Below are positions 37,703 through 47,538 of a stretch of 64,000 nt of DNA, piece by piece. The number at the start of each line of letters is the position of its first letter. Positions within the stretch are counted from its first letter, which is position 1. The stretch is from the IMG/VR virus record IMGVR_UViG_3300048573_000442. One strand, given 5' to 3'. The position numbers and the translations under genes are program-made. This DNA comes from a virus. The notes under the pieces are model-generated. The model was not told the DNA's origin, did not search any database, and saw only the letters and a program-made list of their open reading frames with translations.

Positions 37703-38695
37703 TTAGGCCGAGGTCAACAAATACTCTGCGCGGTTTTCCCATTCGCCGCCACGAGCAGCCACGCGGGTCACTGAAATCAGGGTTCGAAGGTTCAAATCGC
37801 CTGCTTTGTTTTTCATCTTGTCCAGGAATTTCAGAGCATTTTCTTTGACTTCCATATCATATTGTGGCATAAATTCCTCAGCTTTGATAATCGTGCCCAT
37901 GCGTTCAATTTTCTGAGAAGCCGTCATGGACAAATCAACACAGATTGCACGGCTGCGAATAGCTTGGTCAATTTTATAAATTGGGCGGTTAGAGATGAAA
38001 ATAACTCCGCCGGTGAATTCGAACGAACGAGGCAGATCGTCGTCGCCACCAAACGACTCAGAGTTCCAAGTGATGATACGACGGTCATATGAATCCAGTG
38101 CAGCCTTCAAAAGATTGACAGCAGTGGAATTTTCCAAAACTGAATCGCAATCATCAAAAACTACAATACGGTGGCGGTTTTCGTATAGCGTGCGGAACAA
38201 ACCTTTTGCAGTTGAGTAACCCTTGACGACAGCGTATTGTTTTTCATTTTCGCCACGGCTAAAAGCTGCAGATTTTGGTTCTTCGCCTTCTTCCTCCTCA
38301 AAGGAGAGAAGATCTTGCATGTTGGTCAAACCCGAATCGCGCAGGGTCTTGTTAACGACAAAAGTTTTACCAAGTCCACCTTCACCAGTAACAACCAAAG
38401 AAGGGGAAGTTTTGTCTGCTACCATTTTTACAAAATCTTCCAAGAAAGCAAAACGGTCGTTAATGCCAAATTTGTCAGCAGAAGTTTCGATTTTTTCGGT
38501 TTCGCCGTCAGCTGTAATAACAAACTCTCCGACTTCGCGAGCATCAATAATTTTAGCTTTGTTTGCACGAGCGCATTGACCGCTCTTAATGTAACCAACG
38601 ACATAATCTTTGCTACCGCTGGAAGAAATGACTTGCCCCTGAAACATAGCAGTCCATTTACCGTTGATCAGGGAGAGTGTTGCAACATTTGACAT
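37703..38695 (-). CDS. AAA+ ATPase
   Basis: Walker A GEGGLGKT, Walker B VVFDDCD, FISN, AIRSR. Confidence 0.85.
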   Translation of the reverse strand: MSNVATLSLINGKWTAMFQGQVISSSGSKDYVVGYIKSGQCARANKAKIIDAREVGEFVITADGETEKIETSADKFGINDRFAFLEDFVKMVADKTSPSLVVTGEGGLGKTFVVNKTLRDSGLTNMQDLLSFEEEEGEEPKSAAFSRGENEKQYAVVKGYSTAKGLFRTLYENRHRIVVFDDCDSVLENSTAVNLLKAALDSYDRRIITWNSESFGGDDDLPRSFEFTGGVIFISNRPIYKIDQAIRSRAICVDLSMTASQKIERMGTIIKAEEFMPQYDMEVKENALKFLDKMKNKAGDLNLRTLISVTRVAARGGEWENRAEYLLTSA

Positions 38696-38720
38696 CGTGT
38701 AGTTCCTAGAGTTGTTTAGC

Positions 38721-38781
38721 CGATGGGTGAATTATACCATCGTTTTTAGAGATTTTGGGGGAATCTAGAAAATCTCTAAAA
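38721..38781 (-). promoter_or_regulatory. Sigma70-like promoter enclosed in two inverted repeats
   Basis: TGGTATAAT within the CGATGG/CCATCG IR; 13-bp IR TTTTAGAGATTTT/AAAATCTCTAAAA over the -35 region. Confidence 0.55.
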
Positions 38782-38856
38782 TTTTTATCACGGCAGTTTT
38801 TCGACATCCATCTACTGTAAGTATGCGATGTGTGTTATACAGCAAATTCTCAAAGA

Positions 38857-38878
38857 AAAAGGGGCCGAAGCCCCTTTT
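38857..38878 (-). terminator. Intrinsic terminator (UUCG loop)
   Basis: AAAAGGGGC-CGAA-GCCCCTTTT. Confidence 0.85.
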
Positions 38879-40185
38879 CATGTTTTACTTTCTTTAACTA
38901 CAATCTGCTGTATCATGCCCCTAGCATGCTCACTGTCTAACCATGCTAGTAGGCAATCATTGCTAGGAACACTCAACATCTTAAAAATATGCCCAACATC
39001 TTTCGGCGCAGTACCTGTCTGTCTGAGGGCGTATTTAACTGACGCTGTTTGAATTTTGTCGCCATTGATAAATGTTGGGCAAAAAGCCCTATGATAGGTA
39101 CTTGTGGATTTGGGCAAATACTGCTCTATTTCGCCCCAGAGCATGTCATCTTGCCCATTAACTGTTAATCCAATGGGCAGTTTAGATCGCGGATTAAAAT
39201 TGCCAAAAAGATAAGACACGTTTTTACTGCGAATGAACTCGTTTCGAATGTTTAGAAAGGTTGTTTCATCAATTGGTTCTAAACCAAATGACAGTTTATT
39301 TGGCTGTTTCCTAGAAATGTGAAAATGCCTTGAGTATTTTCCACTTGCGCCGAAACTGACGTTGCCCATTTCGATGCGATTCATGATTTCAGATTCAGAT
39401 AGCGCATCCTTATCATCAGCCCATGAAACCAGTTTCACTTTTTTATAGAGCTTTATAAGATTTCCGCCAAGATCGATGGCTTCAAGAACGCCTTGGTCGA
39501 CAATTTGCTGGGTTCCCAAATCTGCAAAAATTTTATCTGATCGCGGAGTCATGATCGTAACATGATCATTCTGGGCATGCTGTAATGTATGCACATGAAA
39601 CTTCCCAAGATAAATCGCCGTTCCCCCATTTTGGAGAATATATTTTGCACCGACAACAACGTCTTTTTGGCTAACGCCTTTTGACAGCTTCAGGTCTTCA
39701 GCATTCTTGAACGAGTTTTGATAAACATCGCTGCTCTCATGTAGCAAAATATTATTTGCACCATCACGTCCCCAGCAGCAGTTGCCATTAATTATTCCGC
39801 CTGGTTGAATTCCACAGACTTGAATAATTGCCATCAAATTTGCCGATGAAATCTCCAGTTCAAATCCGGCTGGGTCAAAGACTCGCCACACGATGTTACC
39901 TCCGCCCCAATAAATTCGGCGAACATCGTCTGTAACTTTAAACCCGGGTCGGAGTTCATTCGAAACTACGTTCGCATGAGCAACAGTTTGTTCATATTTT
40001 TTGGTTTCTGGATTATATGCGTTAGTTTTTGCCCAATTATCTACGGTAGATTTCCTTTTAATAAAGGCCGCACCTTTTTCAAGAGGAGTCGCAAATCCTA
40101 GTTTTGGGCTGTTAATTCCCTGGTCTTTTAGGCCTACATACAATTCGCTAAAAATTTTAATGTTTGTATTAAGCTGTGAGTTCAT
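38878..40185 (-). CDS. Hypothetical protein
   Basis: 435-aa ORF with no recognised motif. Confidence 0.65.
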   Translation of the reverse strand: MNSQLNTNIKIFSELYVGLKDQGINSPKLGFATPLEKGAAFIKRKSTVDNWAKTNAYNPETKKYEQTVAHANVVSNELRPGFKVTDDVRRIYWGGGNIVWRVFDPAGFELEISSANLMAIIQVCGIQPGGIINGNCCWGRDGANNILLHESSDVYQNSFKNAEDLKLSKGVSQKDVVVGAKYILQNGGTAIYLGKFHVHTLQHAQNDHVTIMTPRSDKIFADLGTQQIVDQGVLEAIDLGGNLIKLYKKVKLVSWADDKDALSESEIMNRIEMGNVSFGASGKYSRHFHISRKQPNKLSFGLEPIDETTFLNIRNEFIRSKNVSYLFGNFNPRSKLPIGLTVNGQDDMLWGEIEQYLPKSTSTYHRAFCPTFINGDKIQTASVKYALRQTGTAPKDVGHIFKMLSVPSNDCLLAWLDSEHARGMIQQIVVKESKT

Positions 40186-40924
40186 TATAGTGTTTTAAAA
40201 TATCATTGCGAAAAAGTTTATCATCAGCTGAAAGATAGGAACCGGGATGGGAAGCACCTTCCTGAAGAAACTGAATCACTGAATAATTGATGTCCGTAAT
40301 CGGATCATACAGCATTTCGTTTGTAACTAGTTTTGTGGCCTCGACTCCATGTTTACCACCAAGCAGATTTCCAAATAGTAGCATATGGAGCATAAAGTTT
40401 TTTCGCAGGGCATAACACTCTTTAACAATCACGTCTTCTATTTTGCTACTCGAATTTCGGGGGCGAACAATCTTGGAAATTACGCGCAAAGCGACCATTG
40501 CAGTTTCAGCTGCAATGAAATTCTTTTTCGCTTGCTTATATGCAGAAAGCAGAGTGGGCGACGTAACTTGGGAAGAATTTTGCTCAATGCCCATTTGTTC
40601 ACAAAATAGCTGCGTCGGTTCTGCAGAACAAATAAAGATTGGGCTAAGCTCTTTACTTCGCAAAAAATTCTGTTCAATTTTGAAAAGCTCTGCTAATTCA
40701 ATAATGTCATCATCTTGCGTAAGGTCTAGATATGACACACCTTTCAAATTGTATTCTGCAAACTTAAACAGTTCGGCTTTTATGTCCTGTTGGTACAGCT
40801 TTCGCATATCCTCATGTTCAGGGCGAATTACATCTAGTACGTAACTCACCAACGAATCAACGATTTTAAAACGCCGCGTTTTCACTTCGCATGGATGCCC
40901 CAGTTGCAAAAAATCCTGCCTCAT
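40169..40924 (-). CDS. Hypothetical protein
   Basis: 251-aa ORF. Confidence 0.6.
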   Translation of the reverse strand: MRQDFLQLGHPCEVKTRRFKIVDSLVSYVLDVIRPEHEDMRKLYQQDIKAELFKFAEYNLKGVSYLDLTQDDDIIELAELFKIEQNFLRSKELSPIFICSAEPTQLFCEQMGIEQNSSQVTSPTLLSAYKQAKKNFIAAETAMVALRVISKIVRPRNSSSKIEDVIVKECYALRKNFMLHMLLFGNLLGGKHGVEATKLVTNEMLYDPITDINYSVIQFLQEGASHPGSYLSADDKLFRNDILKHYNELTA

Positions 40925-41088
40925 TTAAAATCCCCATGTTTAAAGTTGTGCGCGGCAACGCGGTTGCGATGTTTTTGCTTGTCTTCAGCTCGGTCCTCTT
41001 TAACAGGCTTAATTTTTTGTTTTTGCTTATGGCGTACTTCGACGGCATCATCAAAATCATAGAGATCAACAAATTTTTTGAAATTCAT
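40921..41088 (-). CDS. 55-aa basic protein (missing from the ORF track)
   Basis: Manual translation MNFKKFVDLYDFDDAVEVRHKQKQKIKPVKEDRAEDKQKHRNRVAAHNFKHGDFK*; ATGA overlap with the next gene. Confidence 0.6.
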   Translation of the reverse strand: MNFKKFVDLYDFDDAVEVRHKQKQKIKPVKEDRAEDKQKHRNRVAAHNFKHGDFK

Positions 41089-41171
41089 TCGGCTATAGTA
41101 AAAGTTGTTAAAAGAAACGGTAAAGTTATTGTACTACAAAAGGTTTTGAAAAATACTCTTTGCAAAAAAGT

Positions 41172-41189
41172 GGGCAACAAATGTTGCCC
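41172..41189 (-). terminator. Intrinsic terminator
   Basis: GGGCAAC/GTTGCCC stem followed by a T-run on the minus strand. Confidence 0.7.
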
Positions 41190-41196
41190 GAAGTTT

Positions 41197-41571
41197 TTAT
41201 CTAGAAGACCATCCGTCAATATCGTCCGTCAGGCCTGGGACCCTACCTCCAACAGCATTCGCCCAAGCGTCACCTTCAAAACTTCTGCGGCTACTGTGTT
41301 CTGGTTCTACGAGGCTGTGCTCTTCTGCATAATCTTGTGCAAGCTCAAAAATATGTGTGCCAAGACCTAACCGTCGAATCTTGTCCCCAACAAATATTTT
41401 TTGAATTTCTCCATCATCAATATCCCACTCAATATATCCTAGTGCGCCAGTATTATTGAAAACATCAATTCGATGAACATTATAATTTTCATCCTTAGAG
41501 TATTTTGTCTTGATTGAATCCCAATCAAGTTGCTCTTTGATAAACTGTCTGAATGATTTACTATTAGTCAT
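41197..41571 (-). CDS. GNAT acetyltransferase
   Basis: KIFVGDKIRRLGLGTHIF (motif A)...HSSRRSFEGDAW. Confidence 0.8.
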   Translation of the reverse strand: MTNSKSFRQFIKEQLDWDSIKTKYSKDENYNVHRIDVFNNTGALGYIEWDIDDGEIQKIFVGDKIRRLGLGTHIFELAQDYAEEHSLVEPEHSSRRSFEGDAWANAVGGRVPGLTDDIDGWSSR

Positions 41572-41580
41572 AAGAACCTG

Positions 41581-43086
41581 TTAACAATACAACTCAACGA
41601 GTTTTCGCCAATTTCCTGCACCAGATGCAGCTAAGTTTAGAGCGCGAACTAGTTTACGCAGCGAAACATCGCCAGGCCGTTTAGAAGATTTAACAACTTC
41701 AAGAACATCAAGGCGTTCTTCACGGGTCAAAGATAGACCATCTTCAAGACGAATATCGAATAGAATTTTTCCCATATACTCGAACATTTCGGCTGGAGTT
41801 GGGTCCACGTTGATAATGAATGCCCGCGTACGTAAGGCTCCATCTGGGTCAAGCTTTTCCAGGGGCAAATTGGAAATGAATATTATGCGGCCTTCAAAAT
41901 CAAAATATTTTGGTGCCATATTGGTATCATCGCTGAGTTCTGCCGAAAGCTCACGATCTTCCGGGTCATAGATAAAAGATGAACGTTTATTCCACGAAAG
42001 CTTTCTCTTCTTCTTAGTGTCAGTAGCGGCTTTGATAAGGTTGCGAGCATCTTGATCCGCAAGCGCTCCATCACAATCATCGAACAGCACAATATTCTTT
42101 CGATTGTGATATAGCAGCGTGAATACGCCAGGGCCAGATGCAGTTCCCGTATTTTTGTAGTACCCATTGCCATCAGAAAGGCCGAACTCTTCTAGAACCC
42201 GTTCTACCGTCTGTGTTTTGCCCGTTCCTCCTTTTCCGCCAACGAATAGGGCATTAAATGCCCCTTTAACAACTCCAGTTACTAGACCTTCTAAATGTTC
42301 GAGCGTATCACTAAAAGATACCCGTTCATTAGTCAGTTCTTGGGCATCAGCTTCTGCCTTGGTTTCTTCGTAGGTTTCGTTGGTTCCACCGACTTCAACT
42401 TCTATAACCCCGGCAACTGTCATGATTTCATTTTTCAACTGCTTTAGGCGAATAGGATCACCTAGATTAGCAGCATGAACCCCGCCCAAACTGATTCTTC
42501 GCCCGTTGATTTCAACCTGATCAGAAAAATCTGCAAGAATGGTATCAAAAATGCCTACGTGCACAATGTGGTATTGAATAATAAAGTCAGAGCGGGTCAT
42601 CGTGCGACCCCTAATTAATAGTGAAAAGAAGTGTTCTAACACCTGCTCTGGAGTGTAGTCATCTCGCTTTGCTTCTGTCAATTCTTCTGTTAGCGCTTCA
42701 CTCGGATTCACGGGGAACACCTTCTTTTTCCCAAGCGTTGGGGAATGCAGAATTGCGACCAATGCCGGCAGGGTTTTAACAAGCGAAATTTTCTGTGCAG
42801 AAACCGTAAATGAGGGGCTCTTTTTACCAGCGAAAATGTCAATTGACATGATTTCGCCAGCATTACCGGTTTTTGTTTTTGTAGACCAATTGAAACGTAG
42901 CATTCGCAACGTGCCATTAATCGCATAACGATAACCATACCCTGTTTCTTTTGAGTTGGCATAGTGCTCAACTCCGGGAATCTTGATTAATTTTGCTCCT
43001 AATTTTCTCTCGATGTAGGTGACCATTTTAGATAATGCAACGTGCACGTTGCCGACTTTTGATTCATGTAGGTCTATAAGCTTCAT
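41581..43086 (-). CDS. AAA+ ATPase with an N-terminal extension (paralogue of 37703-38695)
   Basis: GGKGGTGKT, VLFDDCD, IFISN, ALRTR, DVSLRKL. Confidence 0.85.
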   Translation of the reverse strand: MKLIDLHESKVGNVHVALSKMVTYIERKLGAKLIKIPGVEHYANSKETGYGYRYAINGTLRMLRFNWSTKTKTGNAGEIMSIDIFAGKKSPSFTVSAQKISLVKTLPALVAILHSPTLGKKKVFPVNPSEALTEELTEAKRDDYTPEQVLEHFFSLLIRGRTMTRSDFIIQYHIVHVGIFDTILADFSDQVEINGRRISLGGVHAANLGDPIRLKQLKNEIMTVAGVIEVEVGGTNETYEETKAEADAQELTNERVSFSDTLEHLEGLVTGVVKGAFNALFVGGKGGTGKTQTVERVLEEFGLSDGNGYYKNTGTASGPGVFTLLYHNRKNIVLFDDCDGALADQDARNLIKAATDTKKKRKLSWNKRSSFIYDPEDRELSAELSDDTNMAPKYFDFEGRIIFISNLPLEKLDPDGALRTRAFIINVDPTPAEMFEYMGKILFDIRLEDGLSLTREERLDVLEVVKSSKRPGDVSLRKLVRALNLAASGAGNWRKLVELYC

Positions 43087-43119
43087 TTCATTCCTTTAAA
43101 TAACGCCCTTTACAAAGAG

Positions 43120-43149
43120 CTACGGCCTGCTATTTATGGCAGGCCGTAG
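43120..43149 (-). promoter_or_regulatory. Hairpin whose loop is a late-promoter-like CATAAATA
   Basis: 11-bp stem CTACGGCCTGC/GCAGGCCGTAG, loop TATTTATG. Confidence 0.55.
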
Positions 43150-43161
43150 TGTTATTTGTTT

Positions 43162-43617
43162 TTAGCTAAAGGCTTTTGCTAGAAGCCCGATATTATCAGC
43201 ATGTGTTGGAGGAGTCCAGCCCGGGGGCTTAATAAGATCTGGTAGCCCTAGCGGGTTAGGTCGACCAGGTTTAACCCCCGGTTCTTTCTGCATGTTCTTA
43301 TCATGGACGCGCTCCCATGCAAGATTTGAATCCACATTAAAAGCGTCTAGTGTACCTTCTGCAACAACCATCAAGTCGATCATAGCATCAACAACATCTT
43401 CTGCATCTTCAATAGAAGCCTCAGATTGTTTGCTTGCGTTAAATTCGACTTTATACCCTGCTGCCACATAAGCTTCGACTAGCTCTTCACGTAAAAAATC
43501 AAGACGGAATTTAAGAAACGTCTGCAACTTATCTTTGTCAAAAGTTTGGATAACTTCACGTACCCCAAATTTAGTGTGCATTTCGTGAATGTCGTTTACC
43601 ATGTCTACATTTTTCAT
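43162..43617 (-). CDS. MazG-like / all-alpha NTP pyrophosphohydrolase
   Basis: FLREELVEA...DVVDAMIDL...VHDKNMQK...DLIKPPGW. Confidence 0.8.
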   Translation of the reverse strand: MKNVDMVNDIHEMHTKFGVREVIQTFDKDKLQTFLKFRLDFLREELVEAYVAAGYKVEFNASKQSEASIEDAEDVVDAMIDLMVVAEGTLDAFNVDSNLAWERVHDKNMQKEPGVKPGRPNPLGLPDLIKPPGWTPPTHADNIGLLAKAFS

Positions 43618-43630
43618 ATTTTCCCCTGTG

Positions 43631-44266
43631 TTAATTTTGAACGATTGCTTTATCTATGTCAGCAAGAATGATTTCTAAGTTTTCTTTGGGGGTAGAAGTC
43701 CCATTTAATACACGATCCCACTGAGCCTGTTCAAACCAGCGACGTTCATGTGTCAACATCGCTTTATGACGGGACATATAAGTTTCAACGGTCGTTAGCG
43801 TTTTAGCTGCATCTTTGGATTCTAGCGATGATAGCACATCAGTTCGCATTCGTTGCATGAACCTTTCCATTCTAACATCTGCGTCAGTATGAATAAAGTA
43901 TTTTAGCCAAGTGACACCGGCTTTCATTGTTGGAATTACATAGTTTTGAATCCCTGATGGTTCAACGATCAAGAATACTATTTTACCCGGCTGTAATTTA
44001 CCAAACCATTCATCTTTGGTAATTCCGTATCGTGCGCCATTGTAAGTAACTAGTTCTGCAAATTGATCAGTTGATTCTAAGACTTCTGAAATTTCTCGCG
44101 AAATGAAATAATAGTCAATTCCGTCAACTTCGCCATCACGTGGGGCTCTGGTAGTGGTCGAAATGAAACAGGGAAGTTTGGCAACATCTCTAATATAGTT
44201 AAATAAGTAAGATTTTCCTGCTGCAGTCGGAGATGTCAGCGTTATTAAAATTGGTGGTTTATTCAT
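43631..44266 (-). CDS. gmk: Guanylate kinase-like protein
   Basis: SPTAAGKS; STTTRAPRDGEVDGIDYYFIS; YNGARYG. Confidence 0.85.
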   Translation of the reverse strand: MNKPPILITLTSPTAAGKSYLFNYIRDVAKLPCFISTTTRAPRDGEVDGIDYYFISREISEVLESTDQFAELVTYNGARYGITKDEWFGKLQPGKIVFLIVEPSGIQNYVIPTMKAGVTWLKYFIHTDADVRMERFMQRMRTDVLSSLESKDAAKTLTTVETYMSRHKAMLTHERRWFEQAQWDRVLNGTSTPKENLEIILADIDKAIVQN

Positions 44267-44732
44267 TTGTCTCCTTCGTTAAAAATGTGTAGTGGTTCCA
44301 AAATATAAAATAAAATTCCCCATGAGCTTCTATAAGCGATGGAGGGTGTGGTCCAATGATTAGCAGTTTATCTGCTGAAGGATTATCTGTGTAAGCTGAT
44401 TGCGAGTATGGGCTTAATTTGCCGGTGGCCGTATCAACTACTGAAACCGTATAGCGCTGACTTAAGGATTTCCAAACTTTTGAAGCCAGTTCGGTTTGAT
44501 GTTCATCACTGTAAATTGCCACCTTAACGAACTGTAGTGCAATAACAAATAAATTCTGAGCAATTCCGTTACCGCGTAACAATTCAGGAACAAAGATTCT
44601 TCGGCAAATAAATCCTTGCAAATGCGCAGAATTTACTGGTTGAAGGCAAACAAAGGATTCAACATTTTTCTTAATGGTGAAGAACCAATGCAATTCTTGA
44701 AAAACTGCAAAGTAGACAAGTTTACCATTCAA
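44259..44732 (-). CDS. GNAT acetyltransferase
   Basis: RRIFVPELLRGNGIAQNLF...YSDEHQTELASKVWKSL. Confidence 0.75.
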   Translation of the reverse strand: MNGKLVYFAVFQELHWFFTIKKNVESFVCLQPVNSAHLQGFICRRIFVPELLRGNGIAQNLFVIALQFVKVAIYSDEHQTELASKVWKSLSQRYTVSVVDTATGKLSPYSQSAYTDNPSADKLLIIGPHPPSLIEAHGEFYFIFWNHYTFLTKETNE

Positions 44733-44772
44733 CCTTGAAACCGAAACAGCGTTAAAAATAACACTGGTAACT

Positions 44773-45417
44773 TCAATTTAGCGCTTCTCGAAGAATTTCC
44801 CTTTTGGGCCTAAAGGCTCCAGTGTTTTTATCAGTAACGCAGATAACTCGCTTGTCCCCGATTATACTTTTACTAAAAGCCGACATAAATCTATTTTGCT
44901 CTTCTTGTCGCTTTGTTACTGGGCCCAAACTTTCGCCATCATCCACAAAGTGCGCAGATGAACTAAAATCTTCAGTTAGCAAGATTAGTCGAATATCCCC
45001 AAGGTGGTCAATGGTATGTTTTCGCTCTAGATCAAAAACATATTCGCCAGAATAACTCCTATAGAGAGGAGAATACACGAATTCCCCGAGATGAGAACGG
45101 TCAAAAATAATTTTAGCTTTACTGGTTAGCAGCTTCATCATATTTTCAAACCCGTTATATTGATAACGATAGTAGCTCTGTAGCTTATTATACTCCCCGT
45201 CGTTGGTCGACAACTCGTCATATATTGCGAGGGATTGGGGCTTGCTAAAATGAACAATTTCAAAATACCCCAATTCATCCCGAATTGATTTTATTAGCGT
45301 CGACTTACCAAGGCGGTCAAGCCCATCGATTATTATTTTATTTGGTACTGGCATAATATTTAAATCAAGAACATTATTCGTTGCACCATCCATCGCTCGA
45401 ATCGTCAGTGTTCGCAT
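44773..45417 (-). CDS. dNMP/thymidylate kinase-like protein
   Basis: IIDGLDRLGKST; IIFDRSHLGEFVY. Confidence 0.8.
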   Translation of the reverse strand: MRTLTIRAMDGATNNVLDLNIMPVPNKIIIDGLDRLGKSTLIKSIRDELGYFEIVHFSKPQSLAIYDELSTNDGEYNKLQSYYRYQYNGFENMMKLLTSKAKIIFDRSHLGEFVYSPLYRSYSGEYVFDLERKHTIDHLGDIRLILLTEDFSSSAHFVDDGESLGPVTKRQEEQNRFMSAFSKSIIGDKRVICVTDKNTGAFRPKREILREALN

Positions 45418-45697
45418 ACCGCGTTTCGATAATTAGTTCATCATTAGCGATTAGATAAACTGCTCTCCCTGTTTGGCTATCTTCCCGTACAGCAGTGATT
45501 TCAATCGCGTCGGTGTACAACAAATGTGAAGCCGGTCCACGTTCAATTGCATCCACTATTTCACCTGCAGCCTTTTCAAGGGGATTGTTAGTTCCGAGTC
45601 GAATATATGAAAACACTTTTGCAATCAAATGCATTTGCTCCTCATTCACTTTGAGCTTATACATTCCGGACTCTTTATCAAATTTGACTTTTGCCAT
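45374..45697 (-). CDS. Hypothetical protein
   Basis: 107-aa ORF. Confidence 0.55.
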   Translation of the reverse strand: MAKVKFDKESGMYKLKVNEEQMHLIAKVFSYIRLGTNNPLEKAAGEIVDAIERGPASHLLYTDAIEITAVREDSQTGRAVYLIANDELIIETRYANTDDSSDGWCNE

Positions 45698-45708
45698 ATT
45701 TTCCCCTT

Positions 45709-47442
45709 TTAAATAAAACTAGTAAAACTTTGACTAAATTCATCTTTCCAAATATTCGCCTTTGATGTCCAAAGGCGTTCTGCATTCTTATCTAATACAT
45801 AGGTTACAGCGTGATCGTCAATCGATCGAACTGATCTTCCTGCACCCTGAACTAATTTCATGAGCGCTATTAAGGAATAAATGGAGTTGTGCTTGTCAAG
45901 AATGAACTTCATTCTCTTGTCCCCTAGAGAAGGGAACGGTGCTTTAACCAACACTTGAAATCTCGACATATCATCTGGTAAATCGACCCCTTCAAACATA
46001 GAAGGGGAAATCAATACTGCGTTATCGCCTTGATATGATTTAAAAGCTATAAGCACATCTGCAAGCTTTTCGCCTTGGCGGTGTTCAAATAGTTTTAGCT
46101 GTTTAGACTTGATGAATGGTTGAAGGGATTCAACTATGATAGATTGTAACTTGAAACTCGGCGTCAGAATAATTCCTCGCTCTTTAAGAGCTAAATGTTT
46201 CTTGACAATCTTTGCCACATTTTTGCCCAAGCGAACGCCTGTTTCTGGGTTCTGCAAGCTTGTGTAGTTTAATGACAGCGGGTCAAAGAAGACAATTTGT
46301 TTATTCTCTTTACTAAAGGTTGGGCCCAACTTAATGAACTTGGTCTTTTCTGGGTCAAGCATGAGCGTGGTAGTTAAAAACTCATCACTCAATGTTGCTG
46401 ACATAAACAAGTTTTTATCTGATGCCTGAAGCGCTTCCATCATAGTCCCGACGAACACTGGTTTGACACTGACCGCAGCTTCATCTTCTTTTGCCTCAAA
46501 TACGTGATCGTATTGATACTTAAAGAAATCATCGATCTTACAAAACAGGCCTTCATACTTCTTTGTAAACTTCACTAACTTACTGTATCGATCAGCTTTA
46601 CCAGAACGCAAAGAATTTTCTGCCGCTTCATTCCCAGCGTCCCGTGCATACGCGTAAACCTTCATTAAGGCGCGCATATAAGTTTCATAGTTGCTGTCAT
46701 TAATTTTGTCTTTGATCCCGCAGTCAGAAGACACAGACTTAATAATTTTTGCAATTTCTACATCGGTAATGCGAATATTTTCTGAAATTTCTTCAGCCAT
46801 TGACTGCATTCGCTTTTGGGAAAAATAGATTGCATTGTGTTCTGAGAACAGATCATTGAGCAAATGCGCTTCGTCCCAAATGACTAGATCGCGGCTTTCA
46901 AATTTGCCAGTATACATTCGGTCAATAAAGAAGTAGGAGTAATTCGTCGTGATGTGACGAACTGTATTCTTCAGTTTCTTTGTGTTAAGGTATTCACATT
47001 TATTACAATGCTCATTGATTACTGAGGAAAATTCATTACTTTTGACCATTGTGAACCATGCGCAGGAATCTGCTTGTTGAGGTTCACTGGGTTGACTCAA
47101 TGCGGAGCAGTCGTAATTATTAGCACCCTTAATCATGATGAATTTTTTATCATCCTTAAGTGCTTCAAATGTATTGCCGTATTGTTCTGCCAAAACGTTT
47201 GAAGAAACAAGACTGATGGAGCTTTTAATTCCATCTGGATTATTTTTAATTCGACTTAACGTTTCTGCTGTTACCGCGCCAATAATCGATTTGCCAGTCC
47301 CTGTCGGCGCCGACAAAATTATGTTCGACATTTGTTCATCGACAAAAGCAGTAACAATTTTATTAACAGCTTCTACTTGACCAGCACGCGGTTTGAATCC
47401 AAGATGCTCAAAAGCATCATTTATATGTGTTTCGTATTTCAT
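45709..47442 (-). CDS. DinG/XPD-family superfamily 2 helicase
   Basis: APTGTGKS, WDEAH, MSATL, EGVDLPDD, QGAGRSVR; Cys cluster C...C...C..C. Confidence 0.88.
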   Translation of the reverse strand: MKYETHINDAFEHLGFKPRAGQVEAVNKIVTAFVDEQMSNIILSAPTGTGKSIIGAVTAETLSRIKNNPDGIKSSISLVSSNVLAEQYGNTFEALKDDKKFIMIKGANNYDCSALSQPSEPQQADSCAWFTMVKSNEFSSVINEHCNKCEYLNTKKLKNTVRHITTNYSYFFIDRMYTGKFESRDLVIWDEAHLLNDLFSEHNAIYFSQKRMQSMAEEISENIRITDVEIAKIIKSVSSDCGIKDKINDSNYETYMRALMKVYAYARDAGNEAAENSLRSGKADRYSKLVKFTKKYEGLFCKIDDFFKYQYDHVFEAKEDEAAVSVKPVFVGTMMEALQASDKNLFMSATLSDEFLTTTLMLDPEKTKFIKLGPTFSKENKQIVFFDPLSLNYTSLQNPETGVRLGKNVAKIVKKHLALKERGIILTPSFKLQSIIVESLQPFIKSKQLKLFEHRQGEKLADVLIAFKSYQGDNAVLISPSMFEGVDLPDDMSRFQVLVKAPFPSLGDKRMKFILDKHNSIYSLIALMKLVQGAGRSVRSIDDHAVTYVLDKNAERLWTSKANIWKDEFSQSFTSFI

Positions 47443-47538
47443 TAATTTTAGTTAAATTTGCGATCGATTTCCATGCGCCTAAGAGTTTGCAAAAAAATTT
47501 GCTTTTGCAAACCCAAATCTCATTACTTTCTTTCAGTT

